Position numbers and translations under genes: made by a program. From a virus (Duplodnaviria; Caudoviricetes): a stretch of DNA of 64,000 bases. The DNA lies in the IMG/VR virus record IMGVR_UViG_3300009031_000221, positions 224,001 to 288,000 of that record. The stretch is one strand, 5' to 3'. This document shows positions 16,165 through 23,950 of the stretch, piece after piece. Position 1 is the stretch's first letter. Each line of letters starts with the position of its first letter. The notes beneath the pieces were generated by a model, which worked only from the letters and a program-made list of their open reading frames with translations, made no database searches and was not told where the DNA came from.

Positions 16165-16572
16165 GGGCTATCACGGCTTACCCACCAACGCACTCCATCC
16201 GTTCTTGTGTGAGTTCTCCCACAGAAGTACCGATTTGAGGCTGGGTTCCGGTTATCCCGGTCACACTCATGGAAGGCGTTCCATGCCAGCTTAGGCCCGA
16301 TCCCGGCCATACGTGCAGCGTGTAGGTTCGGTCAACCCCACGTTTCAATGAGCGCTGGTAGCTTAGGTCTCTACGTTGCAGTCACGCTGCAATCCGCCTA
16401 CCAGTCTTACCTAGACCTTAGACCCCATCGTATTTTGGACACGGTTTCCCGTGTCACACACTTCGTCCACACCTATTGAGCTAGGATAGAAGCTAACTCC
16501 CGATGTTATTGGGGACGGTACGGGTTCCGTGATTTCGCTGAGGGGTTTAGCCTGCAACGCCCAATATTGTTG
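16165..16572 (-). ncRNA. Structured ncRNA candidate C1
   Basis: 5' core shared with C2, with a compensatory stem change (ACGG/CCGT vs CCGG/CCGG). Confidence 0.55.
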
Positions 16573-16579
16573 ACAGGAC

Positions 16580-17700
16580 GTACCCATCATCGTATTTGCC
16601 CCCTGTTTGAGCTTATGTCATCCGGGGGCGCAATGACGTAATTTGCTCTTTACCTATACCCAGTTGTCTCCCGTAGGAGATCGTATTTATGGCTGTCCCG
16701 AATGTAAAACTAGGACTATCGCCAGCCACATGCGACCCTTTTTCCCACCCACTACGGTGAGTTCACCTCGTCAGAAGGGCTCCGACTAGGGGCAGTGAAC
16801 CCCTGGTATGTTGCCTCATACGTTATGAGGTCGTTCTGGATGGAGGCTAGGGATCACACCCCCCTAGCATGTCCCGCCCACGTTCGACGGGTCTATTCAA
16901 CGGCGGTCGCCGTGCCCCAACCCTAGTAGACAACCCCGCTCGAGGGTGTCGTCGATTGTTCATATGAATCGGACTGCCAGCCCTGTTCGGCTCCGCAAAG
17001 GGGTGCCTACTAGGGGCCAGTGATCCCGACCCATATGTCCCCGACTGGGAGCTACCCAGCCGGATGGCTTATGCATGCCTGCATTCGCCAAAGTTCTATC
17101 GTGTTGGGCACTGACCGGGATGGACGGGCCTCACACCCGCAACCACCCCGTCTTGCCGACGGGTCCTCTGCAAATCTCTTTTCCCTCCAGGTAGCCTCAC
17201 CTTCGGTACTAAGAAATCCGGGATCCTCCTGAACGGGCCTTGGCCAAGGTTTGCCGTTAATTCGGATTGCCTACTTGCAGCTACACGCCGGGTCAATGCC
17301 CAACAGTTCAAGGCAGAACAGGATCCAGAAGCAACCGGTTTGCCCTCCGGAGGATCCTCACAGTGTTACTCTCTAGCGGGGGTTCGATCTTTTGGACGGG
17401 CAAGTCCTCAACCGCCGTACCGCCTCGGACAAAGTGGGGCTTTCAGTTCAGGGCACATTTTCAGCCCCTACCCTATCTTCCGCACCCTGTTCTGCCGTGA
17501 ACATGTTCTGCCGAGAGTGAAATGAGGGAGCTTTACGGCATCCACACGGTATTGGCTCCTTTTACAGGGAGCACGAATAGGGCACTGCAGACCCTTTGAC
17601 ACCGCAGTAAAAAGCATCTCCCGTCTGCCACGACCCCTTGCGGGCCACTTCACTCTCGGCAGAACTTCTAGAGCCTGAGGCGGTTCGCAACCGCCCTCTT
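16580..17700 (-). ncRNA. Large ornate ncRNA B (~1.1 kb, GOLLD-like?)
   Basis: Starts at a promoter motif; no ORF; 17-bp inverted repeat 17504-17520/17649-17665; shares CCCGTCGAACGTGG and a GTATAGGTAAAG...GCAAATACG 3' domain with RNA A. Confidence 0.65.
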
Positions 17701-17705
17701 GTTCC

Positions 17706-17734
17706 ATCTACGCGGCAGCCCCTGAAGGTAAGCC
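17706..17734 (-). promoter_or_regulatory. Promoter motif copy 9
   Basis: CTTAC-N15-CGTAG. Confidence 0.75.
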
Positions 17735-17737
17735 CCG

Positions 17738-18480
17738 CCACGGTCGTATTTGCCTCCCTGAGTGGGCTTCCAGCATCCGGGAGGCATGATGGATAGAAAA
17801 CGCCCTTTACCTATACACGGTAATGCCCCACGTCTGCGGCATCGTTCTGCTGTGGCACTAGGGCTGCGTCCCTAGCATGGCTCGCGTCCACGTTCGACGG
17901 GCCACTACAGCAAGAGTGCTGTAACCACGGCTTGGTTGACCATCCCCGTGCGGGGGATATCAGTCGTATTTGCGTGGCAACGGGTTGGCTACCGTATCAA
18001 TCCTGGCCATTGCAGACCCGAATCCCGCCATCGCAATTACCCCCACCACATGGGCGACGGCTGCGATACGGTGCCTCGGTTTAACGCCGAGGCTCGATCC
18101 ACACACTGTTTAGGGCTTGTGTCCGCACAGGACGGCCCTTCGTTCTTTGACCAGCCCAGGGTTCGTCCTGAACCTCCGCCCTGTTGGGCGGCGTGCTTCT
18201 TACACCATCTGATCGCAACTAGGCATCTTCGGGTAGCGAGCCAGAAGATGTAGGTGCTGGTTTCGAACCCAACACCTTGTTCCCCATCGTTCGGGGGGAA
18301 GGGGCCGAAGCCCCCGCCCCAAGTCCTTGGATTTGCCCAACCCCCATTACACTGCTTCAGCTACCAAAGCCCGCTTTGCAGTCCCGACCTTCAAGGGTGT
18401 CGTCCCCTAACATCCTTTACGCGATTTGGCATGGACACAGAGTCGAACCCTGTTCGGAAAGCTCGCAGCCTCCCGTCCAT
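17738..18480 (-). ncRNA. Large ornate ncRNA A (~740 nt, GOLLD-like?)
   Basis: Bracketed by two promoter motifs; dense hairpins; 3' domain covaries with RNA B. Confidence 0.65.
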
Positions 18481-18485
18481 GATCC

Positions 18486-18514
18486 ATCTACGCATGAACC
18501 ACCTGAAGTAAGCC
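18486..18514 (-). promoter_or_regulatory. Promoter motif copy 10
   Basis: CTTAC-N15-CGTAG. Confidence 0.75.
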
Positions 18515-18531
18515 CAGGGTTCAGATCTTTT

Positions 18532-18650
18532 TCAGTCGTCGTCATCCCAGTCATCCCGGTCGTCCCGATCAACGCCCCAGTCGGGGTTCGCACCAGGACC
18601 AGGGTCGCCCGCAACGTGACGCCACACAACCAGTTTGCCACCACGTTGGA
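18532..18650 (-). pseudogene. Orphan 3' end of the 21122-22120 gene
   Basis: Encodes GGKLVVWRHVAGDPG...DWDDDD*, versus EGKLVVWRHVAGDPG...DWED*. Confidence 0.7.
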
Positions 18651-18668
18651 CATCCAACTTTCGGATAT

Positions 18669-19919
18669 TTACAGGCTTTCCCGAACCAATGGATCCCCGC
18701 CGCAGACTTTGCATGGCACCAGCGTCTTCAAGGATTCTTCGGTGACGGTGACGTTTTGTTTGGTGCCTATGGTTGCCACGTATCGGCATTCAGGAGCGTG
18801 AACAACCGTGGAATGCGATGATTTTACCACTAGATTTCCGATGATGTCAGCCAAGGTCAAGCGGGCTTCCACTTTTACCAAGTTGGTGATCTGACGATCT
18901 TCATCATCCAACCCAAGGATCTCATTGATCAGATCTGTGCTTCGCGGGTGGCCGTACCTAGCAGCTTTGCGTTGTTGGATTTCATTCAAGTCTTTCCACA
19001 TGCCCATGCCGGATGCTTTTGCCGATGCTTCTAGTCTGTTGTAAGTGTCCAGCACGAAAGGTTCGATTGGGAACACGTCTAAGACTTCTGCACACCCTTC
19101 TTCCAGAAGGGTTTCACCCATCAATCTTCCATCCACTAGGATGTGGGCGGTCAAGCGTCCATACCGATCGTAGACCCATCCTTGTTGAACTTGTTCGGCA
19201 TCCAAGCGGATGGAAATGTTGGTGGCTTGACGAAGGATGCGTTCCGCCATGTGGGTTGCCTGCAATCCGTAGTGCCCAATGGATTTGGTTGGGTGGCACG
19301 TCTCCGGGCAGTCAAAACCAACAAGGCGAACCTTGAAGTTTTCACCCGTGGATGGGATAGCCACCCGAACCGTATCGCCGTCAATGATGTCCGTCAAAGA
19401 ACAGGGGACGGCCTTTGTTCCAAATTTCGGGGAAGGCCATTTGTTCTGGGTCACAAGCCCCAAACATTCCTGCTTGTACTTGGCAGTCCGCTCTTGAACT
19501 TGTGCATCCCGATCTTTTCCGATGTCGTCCCCAAACATGGTGGCTACCGTAGCCACTAGTGGTTTCTGTGCAAACAGCTCTGCCCTACGGACCTGGTTTT
19601 CCCGCATCTTGGTTAGGTACTTGCGAGCCCTCGATGAATTTCCGTTTGTGATTGCTTGGATTTGACGCGATGTGTTGTTACCCAACAATGGTTCTAGATC
19701 GTCCCGTGCAATACCAAGACCTGCAAGTACGGTTTGTGTCGCTCGTTCTTGCTGTTGCAGTTGCCGACCAAAGGCTTTCAGGTCTTCCCCTTTGGCTTTC
19801 AGGTCTTCTTCCACACCACGCATTCGCTTCCCCCATGTTGTGAACGGGATCAGGTGTGGCAAAACCAAAAGCACAAGGATCCCAAGCCAAGCTAGTGTTC
19901 CCCATGTTGCGTATTCCAT
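18669..19919 (-). CDS. Thermonuclease (SNase) with N-terminal membrane anchor and coiled coil
   Basis: IIDGDTV, VRLVGFDCPE, DRYGRLTAHI, ETLLEEGCA, AK..GMGMW; C-terminal Ada-like H..ECR...C..C. Confidence 0.87.
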   Translation of the reverse strand: MEYATWGTLAWLGILVLLVLPHLIPFTTWGKRMRGVEEDLKAKGEDLKAFGRQLQQQERATQTVLAGLGIARDDLEPLLGNNTSRQIQAITNGNSSRARKYLTKMRENQVRRAELFAQKPLVATVATMFGDDIGKDRDAQVQERTAKYKQECLGLVTQNKWPSPKFGTKAVPCSLTDIIDGDTVRVAIPSTGENFKVRLVGFDCPETCHPTKSIGHYGLQATHMAERILRQATNISIRLDAEQVQQGWVYDRYGRLTAHILVDGRLMGETLLEEGCAEVLDVFPIEPFVLDTYNRLEASAKASGMGMWKDLNEIQQRKAARYGHPRSTDLINEILGLDDEDRQITNLVKVEARLTLADIIGNLVVKSSHSTVVHAPECRYVATIGTKQNVTVTEESLKTLVPCKVCGGDPLVRESL

Positions 19920-19959
19920 GACATTCGTCCTTGCGGGGCATCATCCGTGCCCATGTCTT

Positions 19960-19988
19960 ATCTACGCGGGGCGGACAGAAAGTAAGCC
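19960..19988 (-). promoter_or_regulatory. Promoter motif copy 11
   Basis: CTTAC-N15-CGTAG; its TAG is the stop codon of the upstream HNH gene. Confidence 0.75.
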
Positions 19989-21125
19989 TTTGGCATCAAC
20001 TTTCCGTGAAGTTAACGCTTCCTCGGGTGCCATACCTCGTGCTAGACGACTTCGTATCCAAGCAGCACTTAGGTCCACTTCCTCGATCCAGGCTGCCAAG
20101 CACTGAGTCCTACCCCATGCCTTGATCATCAGGTTATCGTTTCGGTTACGCATCTGTTCCTGATTTGTGGCCCAACGAACATTCCCTGGGTGATACCCCT
20201 TATCGTTGTCTATTCGGTCAAGAGTGTGTTTCGCAGATGGGGCATGTCCAACGTGTTCCAGGAAAGATGCAAAGCCGCCTGGGGATTTCCACCCTTCATG
20301 TAGGGTTCGTTTTCCATCACGGCATCTCCGCACCATCTGATACCAATGTTTGTATTCCTTGGATGCCGATGGAGTATGTGCCCGTGAATCTCTACCTTGT
20401 ATGGATTCAGGCGTAGGGTCTCTACGAAGATTCGGGGTGGACACAATTTGTTCTGGAGTCCAGCCAAGGGCCAACCTTGCAGCCAAAGTGTTCGTTTTGA
20501 TGCCGATCTCTTCGGCCCATGCTGTCAGACTTTGCGTCCTCCCGAGGGCTTGTAGAAATCTGGTTTTGGATGTGTTTCTAGCCTGTTCTTTAGGGGATGC
20601 CCAACGGACATTCCCTGGCACATACCCCAAGTTATTGTCAATCCTATCCAGGGTGTTGTGCCCTTTTGGAGACACACCTACATGATCCAGAAAGGATACA
20701 AATCCGTCATGCCCAACCCACTCAGGGTGTACGACAACACCTTTGCCACCGTATTCTGGGTAGGCTGTAGAGGTGTGCCTGAGACATCGATCCAGCATGC
20801 CCTGCCAGGATTTGTATTCCGGGGTGTCTGACTTCCCATGTGTGCTTTCCCAACCGGCCGCCTGGAGTCTCTCAGGTGACCAGCAACCACATGAGGTGGT
20901 GTTCCCGGATTGAATGTGGTCCAAACGGGTTACGAATTGCCGTCCACAGTCGCATTGCACCGTGACTTCGTATCTCTTTGTCCCTGCTCTCCTGATGGAT
21001 TCACTCAGGACAAGAATCCTGCCAAATCGTTCGCCTTTCCATGATTTCTTGTTTCTCATGTGGACAAGGTAACACAATCTCCCTTTCGTGTCCAACATTC
21101 GCACAATCAAATATGTGGCGTTCAA
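19962..21125 (-). CDS. Phage homing endonuclease with tandem HNH-type domains (probable start 21059)
   Basis: GERFGR, CDCG...SCGC, and two copies of TLDRIDN..GY.PGNVRWA...Q.RN. Confidence 0.87.
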   Translation of the reverse strand: MNATYLIVRMLDTKGRLCYLVHMRNKKSWKGERFGRILVLSESIRRAGTKRYEVTVQCDCGRQFVTRLDHIQSGNTTSCGCWSPERLQAAGWESTHGKSDTPEYKSWQGMLDRCLRHTSTAYPEYGGKGVVVHPEWVGHDGFVSFLDHVGVSPKGHNTLDRIDNNLGYVPGNVRWASPKEQARNTSKTRFLQALGRTQSLTAWAEEIGIKTNTLAARLALGWTPEQIVSTPNLRRDPTPESIQGRDSRAHTPSASKEYKHWYQMVRRCRDGKRTLHEGWKSPGGFASFLEHVGHAPSAKHTLDRIDNDKGYHPGNVRWATNQEQMRNRNDNLMIKAWGRTQCLAAWIEEVDLSAAWIRSRLARGMAPEEALTSRKVDAKGLLSVRPA

Positions 21126-22120
21126 TCCTCCCAGTCATCTTGATCCCAATCACCACGTCCTCCTGGATCCCCTGCGACATGTCTCCAAACTACGAGTTTT
21201 CCTTCCCGCAGTGCCTCCTGAATTACCGCCGGGAGTGACTCAAGCGTCAGAAGGGTATCGCCTTTTTGCCCTGTGGCATGATCCGTCAAACACACCCCAG
21301 CATCCACGATGCGAAGGTTCATGTCGCATACGCATTCCAACCTACGGGTCATGAAACGGTACTGCACAACCATCTCACCCTTGTTGAAGGCCGGACGGCT
21401 ATCCAGCAATTCCGCACCCGACACTGCCAACGCAGCCCTTGCAGCCGCAGGAAAGTCATGTGCCGCCATTGCACGCCGGCCGGCCCCCGTGCCCATGTTC
21501 TTACGTGCCTCAACCATCTTCTCTTCGGCAATGCGCTTCTTCTCTGCTTCATCCCGAAGGCGCCGACATTCCTTTTCCCAGGCCTCCGCCTTGAGCCGTT
21601 GCGTGGTCAACCAACGGAAAGCAAGATCAAGTGCCGGTGTCACGGCTTGGATATGATCCAGGTTTTCCAATCGATCCTGATATGCCGCCGTGACTTCCAT
21701 CTCAGGCCCTTGCGGGAACTCCTGACGGATGTAACACAGGGCATTTGTTTGAGGGATACGAACCGCAACGGCACGGCTGAACCGATCCATGCCGGCTTCA
21801 ACGAGGAACACTGGAATGGTTTGCTCAATCAACTTGTCAGGGTTGGGATCAACGCGGGCTTGATCCGAGATCAATCGATCCCCTACAAGGTAGCCGCGCA
21901 CAACCTTGAGGCCTTGCTCGAAGTCTGGATCGGGATCAACCTGTGTACGTCCAACCAACGTAGCATCCCTGCCACCTGAGGTCTTGAACTTGTACCATCC
22001 GTGTTCCGGTGGGAGACGACCCTGAATATCCCACGTGCGGTCACGCCAGTAGACCTTGCGGCCCCCAGTCCATGGAAGCGTTCGCTCCGTGTCCGTTTCT
22101 AGTAGGTCTTGCCATCCCAT
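21122..22120 (-). CDS. Conserved hypothetical protein, 332 aa, linked to the Ubl/JAB/E1 genes
   Basis: Clean ORF with globular and coiled-coil parts; Cys motifs RLECVCD and DAGVCL. Confidence 0.8.
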   Translation of the reverse strand: MGWQDLLETDTERTLPWTGGRKVYWRDRTWDIQGRLPPEHGWYKFKTSGGRDATLVGRTQVDPDPDFEQGLKVVRGYLVGDRLISDQARVDPNPDKLIEQTIPVFLVEAGMDRFSRAVAVRIPQTNALCYIRQEFPQGPEMEVTAAYQDRLENLDHIQAVTPALDLAFRWLTTQRLKAEAWEKECRRLRDEAEKKRIAEEKMVEARKNMGTGAGRRAMAAHDFPAAARAALAVSGAELLDSRPAFNKGEMVVQYRFMTRRLECVCDMNLRIVDAGVCLTDHATGQKGDTLLTLESLPAVIQEALREGKLVVWRHVAGDPGGRGDWDQDDWED

Positions 22121-22437
22121 CAGATATCACCCAGCAATTTATGCATCCGTAAGGCTTCGGCTTGAAAAGCCGACTTCATTCTAATTGGGGAAAGGGTACC
22201 CCAATTGTGCCGATCCAAAGCCATTACCCACTTGGCACCTTCCAACGAACATGTCAAATTTCCTAGAGGCGTATCGCAAGCCCAGTACGCGAAATCTGTG
22301 CAATTGGCAAGCAACTCATTGCTCGAGAAATCACTTTCCGCCCACTGCCAATTCGCTCCAGGCAACGCCTTCAAGGCCTCTGCCAACCCCTTGGTCTTTT
22401 GATCTTTCGCTCGTTGTGCGGGTTTATTGTTCAACAT
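22120..22437 (-). CDS. Hypothetical protein, 105 aa
   Basis: TGATG coupling. Confidence 0.65.
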   Translation of the reverse strand: MLNNKPAQRAKDQKTKGLAEALKALPGANWQWAESDFSSNELLANCTDFAYWACDTPLGNLTCSLEGAKWVMALDRHNWGTLSPIRMKSAFQAEALRMHKLLGDI

Positions 22438-22999
22438 TCCAGTACTTCTTGATTTCAGGCAAGTGCCTGTTGATGGCCTCTTTCAAGGCCTTCTCCGCCA
22501 TCTTCGCATTCTCGACGTTCTTTTGTCCGTAGGGAACCTGCTTGATCTTCCGGAACCCCAAGTTGCCTTTGGGGGAGAGGCTGACCATAGATCCAACCGT
22601 GGCGTATGCCAGATGAAGATACATCCTACCAAACATCCCCCGGCTGTCCGAGTAGACCGGATCCACATTCAAGGACAACCTCACAGGGGCATCAAACTCA
22701 AACGTGTCCTCGGCTACAACCGTCAGCGGAACATTCTTGAGCCAGAAGTTCTGGACTTCGTTGAAGGTATCAGGCGGGGCATCCGACAGGGGTTGCCCAA
22801 TGGCTTCCCAGGAAGTGCCGTTGTTGATGAAGCTCAGGTTGAATGAATGCCGTGCCCAACCGACGAATACGGTGCACTGGGCTTGAACGCCTTCCTGCTT
22901 CGAGCCCTTATGAGGGAATCGATCCACACGCCACACCTTCAAGGTGTGTTTTTGGGGCGTGGTATCCTCCCATGAAGCCCATTTGCCGTTGTCGATCAT
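22424..22999 (-). CDS. Hypothetical protein, 191 aa
   Basis: Overlapping operon ORF. Confidence 0.7.
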   Translation of the reverse strand: MIDNGKWASWEDTTPQKHTLKVWRVDRFPHKGSKQEGVQAQCTVFVGWARHSFNLSFINNGTSWEAIGQPLSDAPPDTFNEVQNFWLKNVPLTVVAEDTFEFDAPVRLSLNVDPVYSDSRGMFGRMYLHLAYATVGSMVSLSPKGNLGFRKIKQVPYGQKNVENAKMAEKALKEAINRHLPEIKKYWNVEQ

Positions 23000-23002
23000 T
23001 GG

Positions 23003-23485
23003 TTAACCCCGCGTATGCTTGAATGGCCGCATCGGCATGACCGTACGATCGAGTTCCTCGTACAAGGCCTTGAGGCGGGTACGAAGGGCGCGTCCCTTCT
23101 TCGCCGCTGCCGGGCGGCTGATCTCGTTATCGCAGTGGAGATTCTCGGGGGAAAGGGCGGATAGGGTGATGTGAATTTCGCGAATGACCACTTCCCGGCT
23201 ACGCTTTGGGGTGGTGCCGTACACGATATCCCCAATGATCTTGTCAACCTTCGCCACATGATCCGCCGGCATTGGAAAGGGACTCAGCATCCCACGCACT
23301 ACCGGGGTCATAAGGGAAGCGGGGACATTCCACAAGGAACCCGCCTTGGACGTACTGCCACGGCTTTCCAACAGTTCCACCTTGCACTTTTTCGCATTGA
23401 CCTTGACGATCTTGCCCAGGGATTTCTCACCATGGGTAAGGCCAAACGTGACTTGGAGGCCAACCTTGCACTCGTAGTGTTCCAT
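23003..23485 (-). CDS. Hypothetical protein with an SH3/KOW-like N-terminus
   Basis: KVGLQVTF...GKIVKVN.KKCKVE...WNVPASLM. Confidence 0.65.
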   Translation of the reverse strand: MEHYECKVGLQVTFGLTHGEKSLGKIVKVNAKKCKVELLESRGSTSKAGSLWNVPASLMTPVVRGMLSPFPMPADHVAKVDKIIGDIVYGTTPKRSREVVIREIHITLSALSPENLHCDNEISRPAAAKKGRALRTRLKALYEELDRTVMPMRPFKHTRG

Positions 23486-23523
23486 CGTAGGTTCCTTAAG
23501 GCATCATCTGCGCCTCGTGTAAC

Positions 23524-23552
23524 ATCTACGCTACTAGGGACGAAAGTAAGTC
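23524..23552 (-). promoter_or_regulatory. Promoter motif copy 12
   Basis: CTTAC-N15-CGTAG. Confidence 0.75.
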
Positions 23553-23557
23553 CGGTA

Positions 23558-23869
23558 TCACCACTGCGGTACAACCCGCTTTTCCGTAGTGACCTGATCC
23601 GTCGAAACTACATGGCCGCAGACGGTGCAAGTCTTTGTCCACTTGGGCTTTTCCTGCCGAGGGACGAACACGTCAAGGAATTTCGGCCCTACATGGTAAT
23701 GACCGGGTGCCGTATATGCCTCAGTGATTTCGGGGGTATAGATCCCGTTCGGATTGTCCCATTGATGGACGCAATCACGACGGATGCTAGCTAGTTGGTT
23801 CTTCAGGCGTGTTGTTGCATACTCGGCATCTGCCACATCTCGTACTAGTTTTTCAATGTCGTATCGCAT
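23558..23869 (-). CDS. Hypothetical protein, 103 aa (CxH...CxxC)
   Basis: RBS AGGAG. Confidence 0.7.
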   Translation of the reverse strand: MRYDIEKLVRDVADAEYATTRLKNQLASIRRDCVHQWDNPNGIYTPEITEAYTAPGHYHVGPKFLDVFVPRQEKPKWTKTCTVCGHVVSTDQVTTEKRVVPQW

Positions 23870-23950
23870 CGTAGGGTTCCTCCTTGAAAGGGGAAATCAA
23901 TGCCCGGGGTGAGATGATGGACGGTCTCACCCCGGGCATTGACATTACTT

